A DNA stretch of 32,000 bases from Candidatus Harpocratesius repetitus (GTDB taxonomy: Archaea; Asgardarchaeota; Lokiarchaeia; Sigyniarchaeales; Promethearchaeaceae): the NCBI GenBank assembly GCA_021498095.1, contig JAIZWK010000001.1:1260001-1292000 (forward strand), in the 5' to 3' direction. Shown piece after piece: positions 1-9,151 of the stretch. Both the position numbers and the translations under genes were made by a program. The notes beneath the pieces are model-generated. The model saw nothing but the letters and a program-made list of their open reading frames with translations. It did not search any database and had not been told where the DNA came from. How positions within the stretch are numbered: position 1 is the stretch's first letter; each line of letters starts with the position of its first letter.

Positions 1-117
1 GTTAAATAATGACATGATTTCTAAAAATAAGGCATATAAATTTATTCATCCATTACAAAAAATGCGAAATTTACCAATCAAAAAATATAATTGCTTAATT
101 AAAAAAATTGAAAAGTA

Positions 118-1206
118 TTAACTTTGCTTCTTTTTTCGCTTCAAAAAGCCTTTTTTCTTTTCGTCAAATGACTCCTTTATAATAGTGGATTTCTCATGCC
201 ATTTTTCTTTCACATTTTCAGAAATTTCTTCTAAATTTTCCCTTAATCGCGCAATAGCGGGTTTGTCTTTATCTGGAATAACCGCTTCAGCTAAGTGCAG
301 TTCTTGTGAATATACATCACAGGGATATTCATCGGGTAATGCATCAGAATTCAAACCTCCTTGTTCAAACCACGCCTTGGCTCGCTGGTAAGCAAGATCA
401 ATCCATTCTTTCGAATGTGAAAAATCAAACGGATCTAAACGGGCATCATTAGGTGAAGGAAGTACATGTATTGATACTTTAGATCGGTAATGATAATAGT
501 CTGAGATCATTTGACGGGCTAAGACATAAAGAAATGTTCTAGCTAGCACTTGTTCTAATTTTTTTGGATAAACATCAGGTGTGTTTGGATATCCGATGGG
601 AAAAACGATGATATTCTCGGCACCAAGTTTTATTGCGGTTGAAATTGCACTGTTGTTTATCAAACCGCCGTCTACCAGCATCATATTATGCATATATTGA
701 GGGGGGTAAACCATAGGAATCGCAATGCTACTCATTAGGGCTTCTATGGCTCTTCCTTTATTAAATACAATTTCTTTTCCCGTTTTCAAATCTGAGGCAA
801 CAGCATAAAAAGGAATGGTTGTTTCTTCTAAGCGTTGGAAAGGCAATGATCGTTCAATTAATTTACGAATATTTTTAGGGGATATCAAATATTTTCCAAA
901 GGTTGTTAGATTTTTAACTGGGGTTATTGGTGAAGGTGTAAAGACATCTGTGAATTTTACTTTATTCCAAACAGATTCTAAATATTCTACTCCCTCTAAA
1001 GTGGGGTTATATGCAAAAATTGCACCATTTAGGCTTCCAACAGATGTTCCAAGAATAAAATCTGCTTTTATTCCAAATTCAGTTATCGCTTTTAGCAGAC
1101 CAACTTCAATTGCGCCCAAGCTTGAACCGCCGGAAAACACAAATGCTGTTTTTCTTTCTGTATTCGATGATTGTGTAATTTTTGTTTTTTGTAAAGATTG
1201 ATTCAT
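118..1206 (-). CDS. Patatin-like phospholipase (NTE/RssA-like)
   Basis: Gly-rich FSGGSSLG loop, catalytic GTSVG (GxSxG) and DGG motifs; Lys-rich C-terminal extension. Confidence 0.92.
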   Translation of the reverse strand: MNQSLQKTKITQSSNTERKTAFVFSGGSSLGAIEVGLLKAITEFGIKADFILGTSVGSLNGAIFAYNPTLEGVEYLESVWNKVKFTDVFTPSPITPVKNLTTFGKYLISPKNIRKLIERSLPFQRLEETTIPFYAVASDLKTGKEIVFNKGRAIEALMSSIAIPMVYPPQYMHNMMLVDGGLINNSAISTAIKLGAENIIVFPIGYPNTPDVYPKKLEQVLARTFLYVLARQMISDYYHYRSKVSIHVLPSPNDARLDPFDFSHSKEWIDLAYQRAKAWFEQGGLNSDALPDEYPCDVYSQELHLAEAVIPDKDKPAIARLRENLEEISENVKEKWHEKSTIIKESFDEKKKGFLKRKKKQS

Positions 1207-1267
1207 GGTTCTTAGTACTGTATGAAAATATTTCTTAAAAGTATGTGGGTATCAATCAAAGATTTAG

Positions 1268-1373
1268 TTAAGAGGTTCTAGCAACTTCTATATTTTTGAC
1301 TGAATTACAATTTTCATCTTCCCTTCTCCGATTATAATCAAATATATCTAAAAATTACTTCAGTCGCGAAGAT
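1268..1373 (-). repeat. Dispersed intergenic repeat, copy 1 (homolog at 28128-28234)
   Basis: Manual alignment: 1268-1366 matches the reverse complement of 28136-28234 without gaps at 83/99 positions, including a 22-nt exact block TTAAGAGGTTCTAGCAACTTCT. Confidence 0.9.
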
Positions 1374-1395
1374 TAAATCAAATTTCAATGTATTT

Positions 1396-1998
1396 TTATA
1401 ATTTTTGAGATATTGGATAATATTCTACTATAAGATGTGGAGAAAGAAGATTTGCTAACCGCATTCCTTCAATTTCAGTCATCCAAGGGCGGATGAGTAC
1501 TTTTTTTTTCTGGTTTTTCAAGTATATCTCAATTTTCCAATTTGGCACCCTAACACGTATATAGAGCAGAAGAATACCAATAAACATAAGAATTGTAGCC
1601 AATCCCCACCACAAAAGTTTACGTTTAGGATTATATTGAATGATTATTTTTTCAATTTGATTAAATTGAATGAATGCAGGTTTATGAAATTGTGATTGTA
1701 GTTTAACCGTCTTTTTTTGCACATCAAAACGAACTGATTGACCGTACAACATATCTTGGAATTTCACTGGTTCAATACGGTTCAAAATTGTAAATTTTGG
1801 TTGAGTAGTATTGTATGGATTGCGAGAAATGTCTGATTTATGCGAATCGTTTGAATTGTATGATTTACTTGGATTGTGAAAATTATGTATATCTGAATTG
1901 TCTGAGTTGTCTGAGTAAACTGAGTTGCCTGAATTGTGAGAATTATGCAGATCGTTTGAATTAAATGAATTATTTGAATTTTGCATTGAATTGATCAC
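1396..1998 (-). CDS. Hypothetical membrane protein with N/S/D/H-rich low-complexity N-terminus
   Basis: 200-aa ORF directly abutting the upstream stop (TAA|GTG); probable start ATG at 1986; one hydrophobic segment (LLWWGLATILMFIGILLLYI). Confidence 0.75.
   Translation of the reverse strand: MINSMQNSNNSFNSNDLHNSHNSGNSVYSDNSDNSDIHNFHNPSKSYNSNDSHKSDISRNPYNTTQPKFTILNRIEPVKFQDMLYGQSVRFDVQKKTVKLQSQFHKPAFIQFNQIEKIIIQYNPKRKLLWWGLATILMFIGILLLYIRVRVPNWKIEIYLKNQKKKVLIRPWMTEIEGMRLANLLSPHLIVEYYPISQKL
1893..1937. repeat. Degenerate 9-bp coding tandem repeat (5 units, CTGA[AG]T core)
   Basis: ctgaattgt ctgagttgt ctgagtaaa ctgagttgc ctgaattgt; encodes xNS-type tripeptides on the minus strand. Confidence 0.75.
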
Positions 1999-2475
1999 TT
2001 AAGGAAATAAAATTAATAATAATAATAAAATTGCATCAAATCCAATTTCTAACACGACTGTCCATTTTTTTGAAGTCAAATCAGGAAGCCACGAAAACCA
2101 GGTATTTCGAACTTTATCGATATATGGATGTATGTATGGTCCTTTTTTAAAAATAGGGCGCATAATATACCAATCTATTATGTCCGGAAGCGTTGCAGCT
2201 AACATGACCCACCAATATTGAGGTAGATAGAAAATTATCAGGAGCAAACTACCAATATAAACAAAAATTATATGATAACTAAGCCAAAATAAGTCTTTCC
2301 ATTGAGCATTAGGAACATGATAAGTAATTTTTGCAAAGCAATCTAATATTAAATGAGAGAGGAGTGCAAGTAAAATAGAGATGGTTATAAGGCTCCATGT
2401 TGAAAAATTTGGTGCGCATAAGAGAAAAATTTTATAGATCCAGATACCAACTAAAAAATGAGTGGTACTTTGCAT
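1999..2475 (-). CDS. Multi-pass membrane protein, putative metal-dependent hydrolase (YdjM-like motifs)
   Basis: Several TM segments with THFLVG, SHLILD and LPDIID His/Asp motifs. Confidence 0.65.
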   Translation of the reverse strand: MQSTTHFLVGIWIYKIFLLCAPNFSTWSLITISILLALLSHLILDCFAKITYHVPNAQWKDLFWLSYHIIFVYIGSLLLIIFYLPQYWWVMLAATLPDIIDWYIMRPIFKKGPYIHPYIDKVRNTWFSWLPDLTSKKWTVVLEIGFDAILLLLLILFP

Positions 2476-2658
2476 ATGATATTTATTGCCAACATTGGCT
2501 AATTTAAAAATTTATTTGAAAAAAAGATAATTTTGTATTCAATGAATACTAATGACTACATTTTATCCAAAAATTTAAAAAGAGCATTTTGATCTAGCTC
2601 ATATTACATCTTTTATTGTTTATATCTATAATTTATTAATAATTCATATCAAAGACTG

Positions 2659-3417
2659 ATGCTTAATATGACAAAACAATCTTCTCCTTCTCACTCATCC
2701 ACTCATCTTGATATAAATAAAAAAGGAATAAAAACTCGAGATCAATCAACTACTTCTTCAACAAGTAATATGGTTTCAGTACGAATGGATCAAGATACCC
2801 GAAACCAATTAGATGATATAGGGGAACAATTTCATTTAAAACGTAGTGATATTGCTCGTTCTTATCTAAAACTATGTAAGACTGTAATTGTGAAGACGAA
2901 TCAAGATCTCCAATTATTTGATGGTACAAAAGTAAGTTTTTTTCCACAGATATTGTTAAAATTTATGTATTCACGGCTAAATCCTGAAGATCTCATTGCA
3001 TTAGGAGATCAACTCGCACTTTTAGCCTATACAAACTGTCAAATAGAATCCATTCATGATATGGAAGAGAAAATACGTTATCTTGAACAATTAGGCTGGA
3101 TCACAATCAACAGAATTCGTGAAATGGATGCTGAAGGAAAGAGTTGGATATATTATGCCATTACTGCCCAAAATTCTCCATTGGATTTAATCCATGCTCT
3201 GCTTTATCGTTTTCTTTTTCGAAAAAAGTTACCTCCTGAATTAACTGCTGAAAATATTAAAGAAAATTTCTCAAAAATAACAAAACGATTTAAAAATTCG
3301 GATTTGGAGAAATCTCTCCCAAGATTTAAGAAAGAATTAGGGATTCATAAAGAAAATTTTGATGATTTTGCACCACTTTACAAATTTGATGCACTTAGAG
3401 AAGCAGTAAATAATTAA
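2659..3417 (+). CDS. Ribbon-helix-helix (CopG-like) DNA-binding protein with uncharacterised C-terminal domain
   Basis: VSVRMDQDTRNQLDDIGEQFHLKRSDIARSYL fits the RHH beta-strand/helix/helix pattern; true start may be downstream. Confidence 0.7.
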   Translation: MLNMTKQSSPSHSSTHLDINKKGIKTRDQSTTSSTSNMVSVRMDQDTRNQLDDIGEQFHLKRSDIARSYLKLCKTVIVKTNQDLQLFDGTKVSFFPQILLKFMYSRLNPEDLIALGDQLALLAYTNCQIESIHDMEEKIRYLEQLGWITINRIREMDAEGKSWIYYAITAQNSPLDLIHALLYRFLFRKKLPPELTAENIKENFSKITKRFKNSDLEKSLPRFKKELGIHKENFDDFAPLYKFDALREAVNN

Positions 3418-3498
3418 ATAGTCATATAAAACAATTTAAAGCGAAAAAATTTGATTCAAGGAAATTTATAGTGAAAAAAAGAACATTAATCAAATTTT

Positions 3499-3954
3499 CT
3501 ACGTATTTTCTAAAGTTTTTGCCATTTCAAACGATTCCCCAAATTTTTCGTCAGATATTTTTCCAATTTTTCTGTAACCTCTTTTTATATAGAAATTAAC
3601 TGCATTAATACTCGCGTGAAGTTTTACTTCTTGTAATCCATTTAGTTTAGCTAATCTTTCTAAAGAATCCATTAATTTGTTTCCAATCCCTTTACCTTGC
3701 ATATCTGGTCGTACAAAAACCGAACCGAAATAGTTTTGGCTAATTGTCGCAGTTCCTACAATTTCATCCAATTCTTCTGCTACTAAAACCAATTGTTTTT
3801 GAGCAGTTTCAATGAGATGTTTTGGAGTGTAAACTTTAATCATGCGTTGAATTACATTTTCTGGATAAAATTCACTGTTGATTTGCTTAAGATTGGCAAT
3901 AATTAAATCTGAAACTGCTTGTGCATCGGAATTTCTAAATTGGCGCGTTATCAT
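3499..3954 (-). CDS. GNAT family N-acetyltransferase
   Basis: Acetyl-CoA motif A VFVRPDMQGKGIG and motif B NAVNFYIKRGY. Confidence 0.92.
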   Translation of the reverse strand: MITRQFRNSDAQAVSDLIIANLKQINSEFYPENVIQRMIKVYTPKHLIETAQKQLVLVAEELDEIVGTATISQNYFGSVFVRPDMQGKGIGNKLMDSLERLAKLNGLQEVKLHASINAVNFYIKRGYRKIGKISDEKFGESFEMAKTLENT

Positions 3955-4215
3955 CGATTCTCATCCCATTTAATATATTAGGTACAGCCGACTTAAAAAA
4001 GTTGAAGAAACGAATTTTAGAAAGTTGGGAAAATGTAGGATGAAAGCTTATGTTGTACATCAATGTACTTAAAAATCGAAGAATAGCAAAAATGTATGTT
4101 GCTTCTTTCTTTATTTAAATAATCCCTAAAATTTTTAAATGGAAAGCCTATTATTTTACTTAAATTTTATGCTATTATGCTAAAATGAAATCATTTATAA
4201 TTTAACTAAATTTAA

Positions 4216-4935
4216 GTGGTAAAAATGACTGTACAGGGTGTAGATTACGAATTTGAGATAGTTGATAGACCTACTTTTACATATTTAAAAGTTCTTTTAA
4301 AGCAAGGTCAAGAAATTAAAACAGAACGTGGGACGATGATGTTTTTCGAGCCAACTTTAGAAATCCAAACTCGAAAAGCCGAAAAAGGTTTTTTAAAATC
4401 CATGGCACGAAAATTAGCAGGAGAAACCTTTTTAATGAATTATTTTATTGCAAATAACAACGGTTGGCTTTCATTAGCTCCGTCTTTTGCTGGTGATATG
4501 ATGCATCTTCCTTTAGACATTGGCCAAACTTGGGTTGTTTATTCTGGAGGATATATTGCGAGTTCACCTCAATTACAGCAAAAAACACGCTTTTTGGGTT
4601 TTAAAAAGGGTATTTTTAGCGGAGAACGAGCATTCTTTTTAGAGATTTCTGCAACTGAATCTCCAGGAGATTTGTTTATTGGAGGGAATGGTTCCTTTAT
4701 TGAATGGAATCTTCAGCCAGGCCAGATATTAAATTGCGATAATGGTCACTTAGTTGCGATGGATGCATCAGTTCAGATGGATATTAAACGAGTTGGTGGT
4801 TGGAAATCAACATTGTTTAGTGGTGAAGGTGTGGTTGCTCAACTTACAGGTCCTGGAAGGGTGATCATGCAGAGTCGAAATCCACAAGAATTTGCAATGT
4901 GGTTGTATAAATTTATGCCCCATCCAAATAATTAA
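4216..4935 (+). CDS. AIM24 / TIGR00266 family protein
   Basis: AGETFLMN, LAPSFAGD, IFSGERAF, DNGHLVA, LFSGEG..LTGPGRVIMQSRN motifs; probable ATG start at 4225. Confidence 0.9.
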   Translation: MVKMTVQGVDYEFEIVDRPTFTYLKVLLKQGQEIKTERGTMMFFEPTLEIQTRKAEKGFLKSMARKLAGETFLMNYFIANNNGWLSLAPSFAGDMMHLPLDIGQTWVVYSGGYIASSPQLQQKTRFLGFKKGIFSGERAFFLEISATESPGDLFIGGNGSFIEWNLQPGQILNCDNGHLVAMDASVQMDIKRVGGWKSTLFSGEGVVAQLTGPGRVIMQSRNPQEFAMWLYKFMPHPNN

Positions 4936-5156
4936 TTGTATTTATTAATGTAATTTTTTTTATATTAATTTAGATAAAAATCACTCATGTTTTAACTATT
5001 CTATTTAAATGGTACCTTTAATTTATTATAAATAGTCGAAGATAGATCTTTATAAGATATTAATCTTGAGAATTTGAAGAAATATTTCTTATTGAAAAAA
5101 TTTATTTCAAGTTATATACGAATAATATTCCGGATTTTGATGTTTTGTGATGAAAT

Positions 5157-5648
5157 ATGGCTGATGTAAGTGAAAAGCTGCAAGAATTACAAGAAAGCAT
5201 GCAAAAATTGCAATTATTAAAACAACTTGGTGCAGAAAGACTAATTCTTGAACAAGAAAAAGAGATTTACCAAATACAACAAGAAATCATGAAAGTTAAT
5301 GAGTCGACTTCAATCGATGCATTTGAAATGATTTTGCCCAAAAAATGTAAATTTTGTACGGAGAAAACTACTGATGAAGAGCGTTTAGAGTGTTATGAGA
5401 AAAATTATAATACGTGTAAACGAAAACCTCCAAAAGTTGCAAATATGCTTAGTTTAGGTGCTGTAAAACTTTTTCTAAGTTATATTGCTATTTTAGCTCT
5501 GTTATTTCTATTTCTACTTTTAACTAACATTTTCCTGGATTATTTTCCAGAAAATAAATTATTGGTATTTATTCTTGCATTTTTAGGATTATCGATGGTA
5601 GTTGTAGGATTTTGGAAACCATTTAAGAGACTTCATTCCGCATTTTAG
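5157..5648 (+). CDS. Hypothetical protein: N-terminal coiled coil, 4-Cys motif, two C-terminal TM helices
   Basis: Q/E/L-rich heptads, CKFC-x11-C-x7-C, two hydrophobic helices; GTGATG RBS-like motif upstream. Confidence 0.7.
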   Translation: MADVSEKLQELQESMQKLQLLKQLGAERLILEQEKEIYQIQQEIMKVNESTSIDAFEMILPKKCKFCTEKTTDEERLECYEKNYNTCKRKPPKVANMLSLGAVKLFLSYIAILALLFLFLLLTNIFLDYFPENKLLVFILAFLGLSMVVVGFWKPFKRLHSAF

Positions 5649-5662
5649 CAAAATAGTGCAAA

Positions 5663-7945
5663 GTGAAGGTGCTTTTATTGGACAATTCCAAAAAACTTTA
5701 TTTTTTTCCACTGCATTCGAAAAATCGACAATCTAAGTCAAGTAAACAAAATGAACATATTAATCAAGTCTCATTGAATTGGAATGGAAAATCTTTTGAA
5801 CCACTGAAATTACCTGATATTTTGATAAAACCTCTTTTTGAGATTAATCTATCAAAACTAATTTTTAGTTTAAAAGGTTCTTTTAATTCTACTCATTTTT
5901 ATTGGAAAAATCAAATTATTTGTGGTGATTCCCTTTTAGCAATGCATGCTTTATTGCAAGATGGATATCAAAATTCTGTTCAGATGATCTACGTAGATCC
6001 ACCATACGGAATCAACTATAAACCACAAAATAATCGGAATCAAACGGCAGGAAAAGGATATATTGATTCATGGAAACACGGATTAGCTTCATATTTAGAC
6101 CATTTGAGAGATCGCTTTATTTTAATGAGAGAATTATTAAACTCCACTGGTTCTATCTTTGTTCAAATCGGTCAAACAAATATGCATTATGTTCGCTGTA
6201 TTCTGGATGAAATTTTTGGTGCTTCAAATTGCGTTAATGTCATTACATTTCGAACAGCGATTAGCACTAATAAAGTCACAAATATCGCAGATCATCTCCT
6301 TTGGTATGCTAAGGATAAGAAAAAAGTATTTCAACGCAAACTCTTTACAGAACGACCAAAAGAAAAATCTCAAAAAACATTTACCTATATTGAGAAAGAA
6401 GAAAATAAATTATATTCAAAAAAACTAGCATTTAAACCACAAGAAGTGGTTTTACGTTTAAAAAACAGTTCTCAAAAAAGAAATCCACGTTTATTTCCCG
6501 TATATTTAGATGGCAAAGAATACTATCCACCTTCAGGTTTTGAATGGCGCTGGGATGAAGTTGCTTTTGATCGACTTATTCAAGCTAACAGATTGGTTGA
6601 CATAAATGGAAAATTATACGGAAAACGCTATGAATCTGATTTTCCCTTTATGATATTAACAAATGTTTGGATGGATACCAGTACCAGCACTTTTGCAGCT
6701 CGAAAACATTACGCGGTTCACACCAATCCAAAAGTTATTTGGCGTTGTATGGCTATGACAACTAAGCCAGGTGATTTGGTTTTAGATCCCACCCTTGGTT
6801 CTGGCACAACAGCGGTAGTAGCTGAACGTTATGAACGACGGTGGATTGGAATTGATACCAATTTTGCTTCTATTAGTTCCACAATGATGTGGCTTTTAGA
6901 GAAACCTTTTCAATCTTTACAAAAAGATAAAGAAAGTCAATCTGTTTTATATCAAACCTTTATAAAAACTAGCTTAAGTTCTATTGCAAAGGGCAAAAAA
7001 GAATCAACTGAATTCTTGTTTGATAAACCTTTAACTAGTAAGAAAAAAGATCGACCACCATCTCCCTTCAAAATTTTAACTTTAGAAGCACCTGATGGTA
7101 TAGTTAATTATCTTGAAAATAACAATATTGTTGATAATTTCCTACCTATTTTTGATTCAATCATAAAGCAACTTACTTTAAATTCAAAAAATAACGACAG
7201 TTTTGAGGTTAAAAGACTTTCTGAATTCTTCACACTCACTACTGCTAATAAAACTTTATTATCACCTAAATTACCTCATTTTGAATATTTTGAATTATGC
7301 TTAACAAATTCAAAAATTTTAGTTATATGTGCCCCTTTTTTGAGACCCATTCCTGAATTGGAATTAATATCCCATCTTGAAGATCTTAATTCTCAATCTA
7401 AATGGGATTCTTTGATTCTAGTTATATCTTTAGGACAATTAAGTTGGGGTGCTTATCAGCAGTTATATCTTAAATATGGTCCAACTTCAAAACAATCAAA
7501 TCGATTAAGAATTGGATATTATCACAATGGTTTATCTGTTTCTCAAATAAATATTCAAGAAAATAGTGATGTTGCTTACTTAAGTTCTTGGATAGATTTC
7601 GCTAGTTTATCATCGAATAGTCTGATGAAGGGATCAAATTACGTGTTTTGGGCATTATTACCTGTAGAATTGTCTGATCGCTATTTTTCTCATAATTTAA
7701 AAGTTCCTTTTTTCATAAAGATCAGTAAGAATTATAGTTCATTATTCTCTTTATCGAAAAATAAAGAAAAATTTGTAGGAATATTCTCTTCATCCTTCTC
7801 TGAATTAAATGCATGGATATCTCAAAATTCTCCTTCTTTTTCAGATTCACCGTCTCATTTTTGTGTTCTTGACAAACGAGGCATAATTAACTATGGGATT
7901 TTATTATCTTTAAAACATTCTTCAAATGTGCAAATTAATAAATAG
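5663..7945 (+). CDS. DNA adenine/N4-cytosine methyltransferase, beta class (type III Mod-like)
   Basis: Catalytic motif IV YVDPPYG precedes SAM-binding LDPTLGSGTT and RRWIGID; start position uncertain. Confidence 0.88.
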   Translation: MKVLLLDNSKKLYFFPLHSKNRQSKSSKQNEHINQVSLNWNGKSFEPLKLPDILIKPLFEINLSKLIFSLKGSFNSTHFYWKNQIICGDSLLAMHALLQDGYQNSVQMIYVDPPYGINYKPQNNRNQTAGKGYIDSWKHGLASYLDHLRDRFILMRELLNSTGSIFVQIGQTNMHYVRCILDEIFGASNCVNVITFRTAISTNKVTNIADHLLWYAKDKKKVFQRKLFTERPKEKSQKTFTYIEKEENKLYSKKLAFKPQEVVLRLKNSSQKRNPRLFPVYLDGKEYYPPSGFEWRWDEVAFDRLIQANRLVDINGKLYGKRYESDFPFMILTNVWMDTSTSTFAARKHYAVHTNPKVIWRCMAMTTKPGDLVLDPTLGSGTTAVVAERYERRWIGIDTNFASISSTMMWLLEKPFQSLQKDKESQSVLYQTFIKTSLSSIAKGKKESTEFLFDKPLTSKKKDRPPSPFKILTLEAPDGIVNYLENNNIVDNFLPIFDSIIKQLTLNSKNNDSFEVKRLSEFFTLTTANKTLLSPKLPHFEYFELCLTNSKILVICAPFLRPIPELELISHLEDLNSQSKWDSLILVISLGQLSWGAYQQLYLKYGPTSKQSNRLRIGYYHNGLSVSQINIQENSDVAYLSSWIDFASLSSNSLMKGSNYVFWALLPVELSDRYFSHNLKVPFFIKISKNYSSLFSLSKNKEKFVGIFSSSFSELNAWISQNSPSFSDSPSHFCVLDKRGIINYGILLSLKHSSNVQINK

Positions 7946-8192
7946 TAATGTTGTCTTCAATAATGTGTTATGACCGACAAAACTATATATCACAGGAAGA
8001 AGAAGAAAATAAAGAAAATGTCTCTTCTCACTCCAATGGATTACGAAGGGCTTGAAAATAGTAAAAGAAAAATCTTACAACCAAACTTGGAGAAATTAAA
8101 GAAAGACAGAAGGAGAATGCACCGTCTGTATAATTTTATCCTTCATTTTTAGAGATTTTTTTAATTTTATTTTAGTAACTTTCAATCATCCT

Positions 8193-8618
8193 TTATTTAA
8201 AATGAGTTACTATTTTCTTCAATTTATAGATTGATTTTGAGCCACATTTTGGACATTGTGTAAAATCGTCTGATGTTTCCCATTCATGGTCGCAGATCCA
8301 ACAGCCAAAACCAAACCAATCTTCATAAAAGACATGTCCTCCAATTATCTTGAAATCCTTATCTTCAACTAATGCTTGTGCGATTTTTTCAAGACCTGCG
8401 CGTAAAATACGGGAGAAAGTTGGTTGTGATACATTCAATTTATTTGCACATTCTGATTGATCAAGTTTTTGATAGTAATATAAGCGAATTGCTTCATATT
8501 CTTCCAAATTTAAAATAATGGGGTCAATATCTTCTTCTTGTCGTTCTAGATTTTTATAGTGGATTTTTACTTTATGAAATGATTCAGCATCAATCATTCG
8601 AAGTAATTTACGGGGCAT
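8193..8618 (-). CDS. DUF134 HTH protein with C-terminal Zn ribbon
   Basis: LEEYEAIRL..QSECANKLNVSQPTFSRIL..KIAQALVE; CWIC-x12-CPKC. Confidence 0.88.
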   Translation of the reverse strand: MPRKLLRMIDAESFHKVKIHYKNLERQEEDIDPIILNLEEYEAIRLYYYQKLDQSECANKLNVSQPTFSRILRAGLEKIAQALVEDKDFKIIGGHVFYEDWFGFGCWICDHEWETSDDFTQCPKCGSKSIYKLKKIVTHFK

Positions 8619-9018
8619 CGAATTTATCCTCCATTTTGAATGTTGGGGGATTAAACAACTTTAAATTCCCCTTTGTAAAAGCTATAAAATTATTTTTTAC
8701 TGTTTCAGAAATTCCTTGAAAAACTTTAATATCCATTTGAGAAAATCCCAAAAATGCCCGTCTTCCAATTTGTTTAATCACAATTGTATCAACCTTTGAA
8801 TTTTTTAATAACATTATTGGGGTCATACATTTTCCTTGCTGGTGAACAGCATTTTTGATTATTTCTATACTTTCAACTTTATTTGTTTCTGAGTTAAATG
8901 TAATTAGTGTGAATGCATGAGCATGTCCAAAGTGTTCAGCGAGTTTTGAGTGAAGTCCTTCGATTGAACTTGGAAAAGCGATTATTCTTGCAGTCATTTC
9001 CTCCTCATTAAGTGACAA
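8608..9018 (-). CDS. NifB/NifX (FeMo-co binding-like) family protein
   Basis: IAFPS..LAEHFGHAHAFTLI..GKC..IGRRAF pattern; probable start ATG 8997 after GAGGAGG; overlaps DUF134 by 11 bp. Confidence 0.88.
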   Translation of the reverse strand: MSLNEEEMTARIIAFPSSIEGLHSKLAEHFGHAHAFTLITFNSETNKVESIEIIKNAVHQQGKCMTPIMLLKNSKVDTIVIKQIGRRAFLGFSQMDIKVFQGISETVKNNFIAFTKGNLKLFNPPTFKMEDKFDAP

Positions 9019-9151
9019 TTAGGAGAAATTATACATTTATTTTTTACGGTTCTAAAAATCTTGATCTTATGTATTTAAGAAAAATATGGATAAAGAAAAA
9101 AGAGTAGAATTACAGAAAAAAGAGTTGTATATTCATTAATTTAGTTATTTA

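Noticed and set aside
118-1206. Patatin as a CBASS-type defence effector
   Set aside because: No cyclase or other CBASS gene is adjacent within the window; the sequence looks like a stand-alone NTE/RssA-like enzyme. Genes left of the window edge are unseen.
1268-1366. Dispersed repeat as a remnant coding sequence or SECIS element
   Set aside because: Stops occur in the frames translated, mismatches do not fit third positions of any open frame, and the AUGA core seen in copy 1 is absent from copy 2.
1999-2475. Apparent permuted order of YdjM-like motifs (SHxxxD before LPD)
   Set aside because: Cannot be established without an alignment, and I recall the same order in other uncharacterised membrane proteins, so novelty is unsupported.
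7970-8152. 60-aa ORF after the methyltransferase
   Set aside because: Short, lysine-biased as expected from A-rich spacer DNA, and without motifs.
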